The notes below the pieces were generated by a model. The model searched no databases. It was not told where the DNA came from and was given only the letters and a program-made list of their open reading frames with translations. A stretch of DNA of 62,260 bases, counting the filler. It is 9 parts of 9 records of this genome, joined end to end, with 100 filler letters (N's around TTAATTAATTAA, not from the genome) between each part and the next. Parts side by side here need not be neighbours in the genome. Positions count along the whole stretch, not along the records: positions 1 to 6,842 come from SRR31156797_111770; positions 6,943 to 15,079 come from SRR31156797_111958; 7 more parts are not named here. One strand, 5' to 3'. Made by a program: the position numbers and the translations under genes. Shown in pieces: positions 1-9,036 of this stretch (its first letter is position 1; each line of letters starts with the position of its first letter).

Positions 1-2
1 AG

Positions 3-710
3 GACGATCACCTGATCGTTATTGACAAACCGGCCGGGCTGGTCGTCCACCCGGCGGCCGGCCATGCCGACGGCACCCTGGTCAATGCGCTTCTGGCCCA
101 TTGCGGCGACAGCCTGTCGGGCATCGGCGGCGTCAGCCGGCCGGGAATCGTCCATCGCCTCGATAAGGACACCAGCGGCCTGATGGTCATCGCCAAGACC
201 GATGCCGCCCACCGGGGATTGGCCGAACAATTCCACGATCACGACCTGGAGCGCGCCTACTACGCCCTGGTCTGGGGCATCCCGACACCGCGCACCGGAG
301 AGATCGACGGCAATATCGGTCGCAGCCCGGCGAACCGGAAAAAAATGGCGGTGCTGCGGCGCGGCGGCAAGACCGCGTTGACCCGTTATCGTGTCATCAG
401 ACCGATCGGCGTCCTGGCCAGTCTCGTGCAATGCAACCTGGCTACCGGCCGGACCCATCAGATCCGGGTTCATATGGCCGATCGCGGGCATCCCGTTTTG
501 GGCGATCCGCTTTACGGCGGCGGCGGCGGCCGAAGCCGATTGCGTGGGGCGGGCGAGACGGCCCGTCAAGCACTGGGGGCACTTGATTCCCAGGCTCTTC
601 ACGCGTTTTTGATCGGGTTTAGGCACCCGATAACCGGTGAAAACCTACGATTCGAGACAGGAATACCTAGTTATTTCAATAACTTAATTCGTGAATTAGA
701 TCGCAATTAA
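3..710 (+). CDS. rluD: RluA-family 23S rRNA pseudouridine synthase (5'-truncated at window start)
   Basis: Frame is open from nt 3 (DDHLIVIDKPAGLVVHP), with catalytic motif GIVHRLDKDTSG, TGRTHQIRVH and HPVLGDPLYG. It lies directly upstream of rpoH, as is usual in alphaproteobacteria. Confidence 0.9.
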   Translation, partial: DDHLIVIDKPAGLVVHPAAGHADGTLVNALLAHCGDSLSGIGGVSRPGIVHRLDKDTSGLMVIAKTDAAHRGLAEQFHDHDLERAYYALVWGIPTPRTGEIDGNIGRSPANRKKMAVLRRGGKTALTRYRVIRPIGVLASLVQCNLATGRTHQIRVHMADRGHPVLGDPLYGGGGGRSRLRGAGETARQALGALDSQALHAFLIGFRHPITGENLRFETGIPSYFNNLIRELDRN

Positions 711-828
711 TTTTCTATATACTTGACCTCTCAAGTTGGTTATTATCAGGCTCGACTGAAAAGCGCGGGTAAACGGGTTTGTTCAATACTTCGAAGCGCA
801 CCGTCGAAGCCGTTGGGAGGAACGAAAA

Positions 829-1716
829 ATGGCTACATCATTGGCACTGGACATCGAGATCTCGCCGGATCGCAATTTGTCGCGATATCTGCAGGAGATC
901 CGCAAATTCCCCATGTTGGCGCCGGAGGAGGAATTCTCCCTGGCTTGCAATTGGCGCGAAGGCGGCGACCACGAATCCGCCCATAAGCTGGTCACCAGCC
1001 ATCTTCGGCTTGTTGCCAAGATCGCCATGGGCTACCGCGGTTACGGGCTGCCGTTGGGCGAACTGATTTCCGAGGGCAACCTCGGCATGATGCAAGCGGT
1101 CAAACGGTTCGATCCCCATCGCGGCTTCCGGCTCGCGACCTATGCCATGTGGTGGATCAGGGCGGCGATGCAGGAATACATCCTGCACTCCTGGTCGCTT
1201 GTGAAAATGGGAACGACGGCGGCCCAGAAGAAGCTCTTTTTCAATCTTCGGAAACTCAAGGGTCAGATGCAGGCTATTGAGGACGGCGACATGACGCCGG
1301 AACACGTGACCACAATCGCCGATCGTCTCAGTGTTTCCGAGGAAGAAGTCGTCAATATGAACCGGCGGCTTGCCAGCGCCGACCATTCGTTGAACGCGCC
1401 GATGCGCAAGGACGGCGAAGGGGAATGGCAGGATTGGCTGGTCGACGATTCCGAAAACCAGGAAAGCCTTTTGGCCGAGGATCAGGAACTCAAGGACCGC
1501 CGTCGTCTTCTGACCGGCGCCATGACGACGCTGACGGATCGCGAACGGCATATCCTGAATGAGCGCCGCCTGAAGGATTCGCCGGCGACTCTGGAGCACC
1601 TCAGCAAACAGTACGGCATTTCGAGAGAGCGCGTCCGCCAGATCGAGGTTCGCGCTTTCGAAAAGATCCAGAAGTCGGTCCGCAACGCGATCATCGAACA
1701 GCGCGTCGGCCCCTAA
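829..1716 (+). CDS. rpoH: RNA polymerase sigma-32 factor
   Basis: Sigma70-family regions (LVTSHLRLV, GFRLATYAMWWIRA, GISRERVRQIE) plus the RpoH box QKKLFFNLR; GGAGG RBS. Confidence 0.96.
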   Translation: MATSLALDIEISPDRNLSRYLQEIRKFPMLAPEEEFSLACNWREGGDHESAHKLVTSHLRLVAKIAMGYRGYGLPLGELISEGNLGMMQAVKRFDPHRGFRLATYAMWWIRAAMQEYILHSWSLVKMGTTAAQKKLFFNLRKLKGQMQAIEDGDMTPEHVTTIADRLSVSEEEVVNMNRRLASADHSLNAPMRKDGEGEWQDWLVDDSENQESLLAEDQELKDRRRLLTGAMTTLTDRERHILNERRLKDSPATLEHLSKQYGISRERVRQIEVRAFEKIQKSVRNAIIEQRVGP

Positions 1717-1812
1717 ACGTCTTTGCGCGGCGCTTTGGCGCCGCCCGAAACCTCCCAGAACAGCCGCGATCGGATCGTCCGGTCGCGGTTTTTCCTGCCT
1801 AGGGCCAGGACC

Positions 1813-2313
1813 CTAGAACAAGGTTGGCGGCGGCGAATCCGGCTCTTCTTCCCCCATGGCGGCGCGGGCAACGCCTTCGCCCCATTCCTCGAGAATCTGC
1901 CGCTGCAATGTCCGAAGCTGGGCGACCCGGCGCTGAGCCATGACGGTCAGGAAGGTTCCGACCACCGGAGGGACGGCGACGTAGAGCATCCAGCCGAAGG
2001 CCGCCGCGCCGTAGATCGATAGCAGGACGAAAACGTTGGTGATGATTTCTCCGGCAGCGGCGAGGCTGTGGGTGCCGTGCCAGAACTCCATGATATTGGG
2101 AAAAAGACCACAAAAATTCATCCCGGCGACACAGAAAGTGGCCGATTTCTGATGCGAGCGGTCAATGATCCAGGCAACCAGGGTCGGCGGCATCCCGACC
2201 ACAATCATCAGAACCGTCGGCAGTGAAAGCCATATCAAACCGACGATCAGGACAAATATCCAAAAGGCGATCCAGTTGGTGCTCGATCCGCCTTCTTTTT
2301 TTCCCTTTGCCAT
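1813..2313 (-). CDS. Small integral membrane hypothetical protein (about 4 hydrophobic segments)
   Basis: 166-aa ORF starting 13 nt after the pseudokinase stop; hydrophobic segments followed by an amphipathic C-terminal helix (RRVAQLRTLQRQILEEWG). Confidence 0.75.
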   Translation of the reverse strand: MAKGKKEGGSSTNWIAFWIFVLIVGLIWLSLPTVLMIVVGMPPTLVAWIIDRSHQKSATFCVAGMNFCGLFPNIMEFWHGTHSLAAAGEIITNVFVLLSIYGAAAFGWMLYVAVPPVVGTFLTVMAQRRVAQLRTLQRQILEEWGEGVARAAMGEEEPDSPPPTLF

Positions 2314-2326
2314 CGGTTCGGTGCCC

Positions 2327-4411
2327 CTACCAGATGTCGTTCAGGAGAATGACGGTCACGAAGATCAAAGTCACGATCACCGATGTCATCGCCGCGGTTT
2401 GCTGTCCGATCCGTTCGGCGGATTCGGTTCTGGCCGAATCGCTTCCTTCGATTTCCTGAATTTCGGTTTCGGCAAACACGAACTCGTCGATGGCCGCTTC
2501 GTAGCCTTCTTCATCCTGCTGACGCTGTTCGGCATTGTCGATCAGGTCGAACAGTTCGGTAAGGCTTCCTTGCCGAACAAGGCGGGGAATTTCTCGCTCG
2601 ATGTCCCGCCGCACGGTTCGGCTGTGGTAAGAATTGATGGCCGGGCCGAGCTGTCCGCCAACCCAACTGGACAATCCGTAAACGGCGTCGGGTCCCAATC
2701 GCCATTGTACGATCGAAAGCAGGCTCAGCATGCCTTCGACGGTTTTCGATTCATGCGAATCGCCGAGCGCTTTCAGATGGTTTTCGACATCCTGATCGAA
2801 ACGCGCCGCCACGAATGCCGCTATATGGCGGTCGACGGGCGATATCTTAGTGTCCACACGATTGGCCGCATGATCCAGCGCCGGCAGCAACTCGTCGATT
2901 TCGACGACATAGTCTTCGAGCACCAGTTCGCTTTGACAGGGCAGGGTGGGATTGAGCTCATAGAGGCATCTTTCCATGCCGTAACCCGGATCGGCGTTTT
3001 CAAGAAATCCCCGCAATTGGCCAAACCGCCGTTCCATTGAAGGGTTGATCGAATAAATGCCAGACCGGGCATCGAACCACAATCCGACGAGGTCGCGGCT
3101 GAGAATTTCCTGTCCGACTTTCGTATTTCCTTGCCTTAACAGTTCGACGGCAAGCATCGTGCCGAAGGCTTCCGTTCGGAACGAATAGCCCTTGAAACGG
3201 ATCGGGGCTTGCGGATCGAGCAGCATTTCGACCTGGGAAACCAGCATGTCGTCGCCACCGGTCGGCGTTCCGTCGTTGGCGATGGCGGTGTCGACTACCC
3301 TGGAGATTGCATCGGCGGTTTCCGGTTCTCCCAGACTGCGCCGGACCCATGGATCCAGCTGTCCTTCCTTCAATGCGATCGCCGCATCGGTAACGTCCAG
3401 GCTCATGGCGTGCGCCAGCGTTCGTGTCGTTACATGATTGTGCCCGCCGAACGGGAATGGTGTCTCAGGACGTTGGGCGGCACGTTTTTGAATGGGCGTC
3501 ATGCGCCTGCCGTCGATCCACAGCGTGAGTTCCCGCAGGCCCCAACGTTCCTCGGAATCGTCGCTAAGCAATCCCCGCAGAGGCTCAAGCAGCGACAGCG
3601 GAATGCGGCCGTCACCACAAAGAGTGGCATATGTTCCTTGCTCGACCTTCGCGTAGATCAGTTCTTCTTCCGTCAGGTCGGCGACCGGGTTCTTGCCGAG
3701 AAGCAGGAAGACGAGGCAGACGCCCAAAGCATACATATCGTCGCTGGCGTCGCCGAGACCGCGTCCCGCCGGTCCGGCCATGGCGCGTTCGATGGTCTCG
3801 AATACGGCGGGTTGATCGAACCCGGGGGGGGCCGTCAGGCAATCTCCGAGGACGACCGTTTGATGGCTGGCATCCATCAAAAATATGTTGCCGGGGCGGA
3901 TCGCCCGATGCGGCTCGTCGAACTTCGTCATCTCCTGTACGGCGTTCGAGATCGGCTCGATGAACCGGCGCTGAATGTCGTGTTCGACGATGGTGCCGCC
4001 GTCCGGTTCGATAAGATCCAGCAATCGGCCACCGAGCGGGCGTTCGTAGATCATGACCATGCAGCGCTGACCCTGAGGCGACCAGTCGACGGCTTCGAAC
4101 TCGACCAGGGGCAAGAGATTTCGCACCCGACTTCCACGAAGGGCGGCGGCCGCGTTGATCCGGGGCGGCAAACCGGGAGGGCAAACCAGGGCGAACAACT
4201 GCCGGCTCATGTCACGGCGATCCTCGACGGCAAAGGCCGATGCCGACGGCGCCGACAGGTCCGGAAGCGGGCGGTCGGGAAGGATGCGATAGCGGTCGTG
4301 CATGATCGCAGCGCCGCCGGGCAGACGTGATGCCGCACGTGGCTCTTCGGGCGGTGGCGCCACCGCTGCGGGCGTCCCTTCCAGTACTTCGTCGATAGGC
4401 GATTCAGCCAT
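2327..4411 (-). CDS. Membrane-anchored Ser/Thr-kinase-like protein, probably a pseudokinase
   Basis: Hanks-type layout: RYRI, HRAIRPGNIF (catalytic loop), VVLGDC (DFG position), DDMYALGVCLVFLLLGKNP (subdomain IX), LRGLLSDDSEERWG (XI). Long helical C-terminal region and a terminal TM helix. Confidence 0.8.
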   Translation of the reverse strand: MAESPIDEVLEGTPAAVAPPPEEPRAASRLPGGAAIMHDRYRILPDRPLPDLSAPSASAFAVEDRRDMSRQLFALVCPPGLPPRINAAAALRGSRVRNLLPLVEFEAVDWSPQGQRCMVMIYERPLGGRLLDLIEPDGGTIVEHDIQRRFIEPISNAVQEMTKFDEPHRAIRPGNIFLMDASHQTVVLGDCLTAPPGFDQPAVFETIERAMAGPAGRGLGDASDDMYALGVCLVFLLLGKNPVADLTEEELIYAKVEQGTYATLCGDGRIPLSLLEPLRGLLSDDSEERWGLRELTLWIDGRRMTPIQKRAAQRPETPFPFGGHNHVTTRTLAHAMSLDVTDAAIALKEGQLDPWVRRSLGEPETADAISRVVDTAIANDGTPTGGDDMLVSQVEMLLDPQAPIRFKGYSFRTEAFGTMLAVELLRQGNTKVGQEILSRDLVGLWFDARSGIYSINPSMERRFGQLRGFLENADPGYGMERCLYELNPTLPCQSELVLEDYVVEIDELLPALDHAANRVDTKISPVDRHIAAFVAARFDQDVENHLKALGDSHESKTVEGMLSLLSIVQWRLGPDAVYGLSSWVGGQLGPAINSYHSRTVRRDIEREIPRLVRQGSLTELFDLIDNAEQRQQDEEGYEAAIDEFVFAETEIQEIEGSDSARTESAERIGQQTAAMTSVIVTLIFVTVILLNDIW

Positions 4412-4885
4412 ACATATCCCTCAACATCTCACATCGAGATGCTGCGCATCCATCCCCATCAAAACCATAGTCGGCAAAGGCTTGCGAAACAATTAATGAG
4501 TTGCCGCCACCAAGGCCGGCGACAATCGGTACGCCGCTGCCAGGCAAGCAAGATGGTGCCTGCGGCATCGCCGCCGGAATGAAAGGCCAATCCCTTGAAA
4601 ATCGGACTTGAGGGCAGGCCGGAATGGGGGTGCGATCACCCATTTCCAAACCCTTTTTTGAAAATCATCCGGGATAAACGGACGATCAAGAAGCTGTGAA
4701 TGGAAATCATGTGTGAAAGGTGCCATAATCTGTTTCGCACGGAAGTAGATAGAAAATCTGCCGATCTAATGGCCGGTGCCGATGTTGCGGCGCCGATATA
4801 ACGTGATCAGACCCACAGAAAAATGGGTCCGATGACTCGCATGTGCAATCTCGCATATGCAATACGGTGGATTTGGAGTTTCGGA

Positions 4886-5695
4886 ATGTATCCAAGGTCG
4901 CGTAACCTTTTTTTGGGCGCTGCTGTTGTCGCCCTGACCTCATCTTGGGTGGGATCGGCCCTCGCGCAATCGGCCGGCGAGTGTCCTGGGTTGCCGCAAG
5001 TGTCCTGGTGGCTCAGTGATCCCGTGAAGGTTGCGACCTATGTGGATAGCAAGCACAGCGGAGATTGGGGCGCCTATATCGACAAGTGGGAACGCCACCA
5101 GGGGCAGATGCAAAGGCTCTATGACAATGGAACCGTCGCGGTCCTGAAAAAAGCAGGTGTGAAGCTGAAAGGGCGGGCGCTTCAGGAGCATATCGACCTG
5201 ATCGAAAAACGCGTTGCGGCGCTTCGTTGTCTGGCCGGGATTTCCGACCAGAACGACGCCATGCAGCTTGACGATTTTGCGACCGCCGCCGGAACCCCTG
5301 ATCTTCCCGCCGACGGCGGCGATCAGGTGTCATCGCCCATATCCGAAGAGATGATCACGACCCGGCTCGAAGCCCCCGCCAGCAAGCTGAACCTGGAAAT
5401 CACCACGCAATGCCGGGGACCGGAGGTTCTGTTCCGGATTACCAACCGGGGCGAGCAATGGATGGCCAGCGCCGTCATTTCCGTTCATCGGCTGTCGACC
5501 CAGGAACAGTTGACCAGTCGGGAACTGCGTCTGAAAACCGATCAGGGCGTGTCGTTCAAGGTGAAACGTACGCGCCGCGCCGGTGAGGTGTTCGGATTGT
5601 GGGTCGATCCTTCCTGGTATCCGCGCGCATTCCAGTATGACAGCACCGCCGGATGCATGCCGAAACAGGCCGGCACCGCGCGACCAGCCGGTTAA
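4886..5695 (+). CDS. Secreted/periplasmic hypothetical protein with two Cys-bracketed domains
   Basis: GGAG RBS before ATG 4886; Sec-type signal peptide ending ALA-Q; stop overlaps the convergent dehydrogenase stop. Confidence 0.7.
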   Translation: MYPRSRNLFLGAAVVALTSSWVGSALAQSAGECPGLPQVSWWLSDPVKVATYVDSKHSGDWGAYIDKWERHQGQMQRLYDNGTVAVLKKAGVKLKGRALQEHIDLIEKRVAALRCLAGISDQNDAMQLDDFATAAGTPDLPADGGDQVSSPISEEMITTRLEAPASKLNLEITTQCRGPEVLFRITNRGEQWMASAVISVHRLSTQEQLTSRELRLKTDQGVSFKVKRTRRAGEVFGLWVDPSWYPRAFQYDSTAGCMPKQAGTARPAG

Positions 5696-6600
5696 CCCGC
5701 GTTTTTACGACCCGGTACCACCTGAAAACCGTTCAGGATTTCATGCATTTCCGTTAGGGAGGCCATCAGCCGGTCTCCCAGGCCGAGGTCGACCGCCCGC
5801 CGATAGACGTCGTGGGTGGCCGCGCCGAGACTGCTTTTGAGGTCCAATTCTTCGGCAAGATCGCGGTAGTAGCCCGCGTCCTTCATGGCATTGGCGATGG
5901 CGAATTTGTGCCCTGTCAGGTCGCCTTCCAGGAAATCGGGAACCATCTTTCTCAACGATCCGCTGTCGGCGGCGCCGTTTCGCAGGACTTCGTAAAGCCG
6001 CCTCTGGTCGACCCCCATGGCGGCAGCCACGGCCATGCCTTCGGCCAGCAGGGCGCAGGTGCCCGTTGTGATGAAATTATTGATCAGTTTCGCCGTGTGT
6101 CCGGCCCCGACCGGCCCGAAATGCGTGATGGTTTCCGAATAGGTGCGCAGTACGGGTTCGATGCGCGCAAACACTTCGGGCTCGGCGCCAACCAGGCTGT
6201 TGAGGCGTCCGGCTTCGGCATCGGCAGGCGCCCGGGTGACCGGGGCGTCGGCGAAGTCGAGGCCGTTCTTGGCCAGATCGACGGCAATTCGGCGGCTCGA
6301 GTCCGGACGGCTTGTCGAAGCGTCAACGACCGTCAGGTTGTTTGAGTCGGTGGCGAGGATGCCTTCATCGCCGTAGATGATTTCCTCCACCTGGGGTGAG
6401 CCCGACACGCACATAAGAACGACGTCGCAACCGGAACAAAGGGCTTTGGGCGACGCAGCTTCGGTTGCACCTTGTCCAACCAGATCCTCGACGGCTTGGC
6501 GACTGCGGTGCGCCATGACACTCAGCGGGAAGCCCTTTTTAAGGATGTTTTGGGCCATGCCGCGGCCCATCATTCCAAGACCGATGAAACCGATGCGCAT
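5692..6600 (-). CDS. NAD(P)-dependent beta-hydroxyacid dehydrogenase (3-hydroxyisobutyrate dehydrogenase family)
   Basis: IGFIGLGMMG Rossmann motif, DAPVT, and GAGHTAKLINN with the catalytic Lys. Confidence 0.9.
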   Translation of the reverse strand: MRIGFIGLGMMGRGMAQNILKKGFPLSVMAHRSRQAVEDLVGQGATEAASPKALCSGCDVVLMCVSGSPQVEEIIYGDEGILATDSNNLTVVDASTSRPDSSRRIAVDLAKNGLDFADAPVTRAPADAEAGRLNSLVGAEPEVFARIEPVLRTYSETITHFGPVGAGHTAKLINNFITTGTCALLAEGMAVAAAMGVDQRRLYEVLRNGAADSGSLRKMVPDFLEGDLTGHKFAIANAMKDAGYYRDLAEELDLKSSLGAATHDVYRRAVDLGLGDRLMASLTEMHEILNGFQVVPGRKNAG

Positions 6601-6643
6601 GGCGGGCGTTCCCCTGTGATCTGTTTGGCGTGATGTCGCGCCG

Positions 6644-6841
6644 CTAGCCCTTGCTTTCGATCATGTCACAGACAATCCAGAAAGCCTGTTTCAGGGCCTC
6701 GACATTGGCCGTGCCTTTGCCGGCGATATCGTGGGCGGAGCCGTGCGCCGAGGTGGTGATGGGAAAGGGCAGGCCGGCGTGGATGGTGACCCCGGAATCG
6801 AACCCCATCAGTTTCATCGCGATCTGGCCCTGGTCGTGATA
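6644..6841 (-). CDS. pdxA: PdxA-family 4-hydroxythreonine-4-phosphate / D-threonate-4-phosphate dehydrogenase, C-terminal fragment
   Basis: Not in the ORF track. Manual translation YHDQGQIAMKLMGFDSGVTIHAGLPFPITTSAHGSAHDIAGKGTANVEALKQAFWIVCDMIESKG* carries the PdxA YHDQG and HGxAxDIAGKG motifs. Confidence 0.88.
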   Translation of the reverse strand, partial: YHDQGQIAMKLMGFDSGVTIHAGLPFPITTSAHGSAHDIAGKGTANVEALKQAFWIVCDMIESKG

Positions 6842-6842
6842 C

Positions 6843-6942
6843 NNNNNNNNNNNNNNNNNNNNNNNNNNNNNNNNNNNNNNNNNNNNTTAATTAATTAANN
6901 NNNNNNNNNNNNNNNNNNNNNNNNNNNNNNNNNNNNNNNNNN
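6843..6942. other. Artificial contig spacer 1
   Basis: N44-TTAATTAATTAA-N44; stop codons in all six frames. Confidence 0.99.
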
Positions 6943-7016
6943 CCAGATCCGGTTCCGTTGCTTCGGAAAAAGTCCTTCTGTCAGGACAAACCTTATTTAA
7001 TGATTGAGAGTCCACC

Positions 7017-8615
7017 ATGAGTACCGAACCCATTACAACCGACACCCATTTCCTGAGGGATACCATTAACGGTTTAACCGAGCAGATCGACCTTTTGACG
7101 ATCCTCCAGGATTTAAGTAAGAAAATCGTTTCCGGATTTGATTTTGATCAAATCATTACCCGGTTTCTCGATGTTGTAAAGGAAGTCGTCAATTATAACG
7201 CCTGCGCGCTATTTCTGTATGATGACGACTTGAAAACATTTCGTGTGGTCAGTTCCAGGGGGGCGCCCCAGGCACAGTTTACGGCCGATGTCCCCGACGA
7301 TAAAATCGTGAATTGGATTATAAACGAGGGAAGATGGACGCCCATCCCGGAAGATTCAAAAACACCCGGAAAACAGTTTCAAAGCATCCTTCCCTTGCGG
7401 GGAATGCTGAAGAAACTGGGCTTTTTGTTCATGATATCCGATCAGGATGACCACTGTTACAACAAAACCAATATGACGATTCTCTCCTTTATTGCCGATC
7501 AGGCGGGAATCGCCCTTGAGAACCAGAATCTCTATTTCCAGCTGAACCATTCCCGTAAATACATCAGCAATATTGTGGAAAGCATCAACAACGGCATTGT
7601 CGCCATCGATCTGTCCGGCAACATCACCTTGATCAACAAAAATGCCACGGCCATACTCGGTATCGAGTCCGGGGATGTCATCGGAAAAAGCTATCGGGAT
7701 GTTTTCACGGATAAGTTGACAGAGCAGGTCGACCGTCTCAGCAAGAAAATCATTGACGAAGGCTATGTCATTGAAACACGATTTGAGCATTCTCCCTACA
7801 AGGAATTCCCCATCACCCTGGGGATCAATGCGTCCATGCTGCTGGATGAAAACAACGAACGGATAGGCATTATCTTTGTTTTTCGGGATATGCTGGCATC
7901 CATGGAGATCCAGCGCCTTTTGCAGCTGGATGAAATGAAGAGCGAGTTTGTATCCAATGTTTCCCATGAGCTGAGGACCCCCCTCAGCATCATCAAGTCC
8001 TATGTGGAAGCCATACTTGACCAGGTGGATCCGGAAGATTACGAGACCCAGCGGGAATTCCTCAACGTTGTCAACGAGGAAACAGACCGATTGTCGGGGC
8101 TGGTGAACGATCTTCTTGATATTTCAAGGATCGAATCCGGTCGATTTGAAATCTCCTTTGCCCCCGTATCCCTTCCTGAAATCATTCAGTCGGTGATCGA
8201 TAACCTTACGGGCGAACCCGATTCCCATGAGATCATTACCCGGATTCCGCCCGACCTGAAACCGGTATCCGCGGACAGGGATAAAATGACCCAGGTGTTT
8301 ATCAACCTCATCAATAATGCCATCAAATTTTCCCCCGAGGGAGGCGAGATAATCATCGAGGTGATCATAATGGAAAAAATGCTTGTATGCCTGGTGAAAG
8401 ATCGGGGGATCGGCATTCCCGAAGAAAGCCTTCCCAGAATATTTGAGAAATTTTACCGGGTTGACACCTCGGATACATATGAGATCCCAGGCACCGGGCT
8501 CGGCCTTCCCATCGTCAAGCATATAATCAATTCCCATGGCGGGGAAATCACAGTCAAGAGTAAAGTAAACAAAGGATCTGAGTTTATATTGTCTCTACCC
8601 TATGGTGAGAATTAA
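7017..8615 (+). CDS. Cytoplasmic GAF-PAS sensor histidine kinase
   Basis: GAF-like N-terminus, PAS (IVESINNGIVAID...INKNA), H-box VSHELRTPL, N-box NLINNAIKF, G-boxes DRGIGI and GTGLGL. ATGA overlap with a truncated upstream frame (6943-7020). Confidence 0.93.
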   Translation: MSTEPITTDTHFLRDTINGLTEQIDLLTILQDLSKKIVSGFDFDQIITRFLDVVKEVVNYNACALFLYDDDLKTFRVVSSRGAPQAQFTADVPDDKIVNWIINEGRWTPIPEDSKTPGKQFQSILPLRGMLKKLGFLFMISDQDDHCYNKTNMTILSFIADQAGIALENQNLYFQLNHSRKYISNIVESINNGIVAIDLSGNITLINKNATAILGIESGDVIGKSYRDVFTDKLTEQVDRLSKKIIDEGYVIETRFEHSPYKEFPITLGINASMLLDENNERIGIIFVFRDMLASMEIQRLLQLDEMKSEFVSNVSHELRTPLSIIKSYVEAILDQVDPEDYETQREFLNVVNEETDRLSGLVNDLLDISRIESGRFEISFAPVSLPEIIQSVIDNLTGEPDSHEIITRIPPDLKPVSADRDKMTQVFINLINNAIKFSPEGGEIIIEVIIMEKMLVCLVKDRGIGIPEESLPRIFEKFYRVDTSDTYEIPGTGLGLPIVKHIINSHGGEITVKSKVNKGSEFILSLPYGEN

Positions 8616-8637
8616 CAAATCTGGTCAGGAGTTCAGG

Positions 8638-9015
8638 ATGGTAGAAAAGAAAACAATTTTAGTTGTCGATGATATGCCTCAAATCAGAAAGATATTGCGG
8701 TTCAGCCTGAAAACGGAAGGATACAATGTGCTCCTTGCAAACAGCGGCAAAAGCGCGCTTGAGCAGGCGTTTGATGAAAACAATTCCATCGATCTCATTC
8801 TTCTGGATATCATGATGCCGAAGATGGACGGGTATGAGGTTATTCAGCGGCTCAGGGAAACGGAGATGACAAAAGAGATCCCCATCATTTTTCTAACGGC
8901 AAAAGCCCAACAAAAAGACGTCATCAAGGGACTTGAGATCGGCGGGAATGATTACGTTGTTAAGCCGTATAAATTTGACGACCTGAACAAAAAAATTCAA
9001 AAATGGCTTGGCTGA
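8638..9015 (+). CDS. Single-domain response regulator (REC)
   Basis: ILVVDD, LLDIMMPKMDG, FLTAK, YVVKP. Start could instead be 8602. Confidence 0.92.
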   Translation: MVEKKTILVVDDMPQIRKILRFSLKTEGYNVLLANSGKSALEQAFDENNSIDLILLDIMMPKMDGYEVIQRLRETEMTKEIPIIFLTAKAQQKDVIKGLEIGGNDYVVKPYKFDDLNKKIQKWLG

Positions 9016-9036
9016 CGCGCCGCCAAAGGCCCCCCC

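Noticed and set aside
2165-4330. Long antisense ORFs here and elsewhere (e.g. 9346-10725, 24529-25530, 27598-28572, 29278-30600)
   Set aside because: They mirror well-supported genes on the opposite strand in GC-rich DNA and carry no recognisable motifs.
7017-9015. Histidine kinase and response regulator pair as a novel system
   Set aside because: Canonical motifs and a common architecture; nothing unusual visible.
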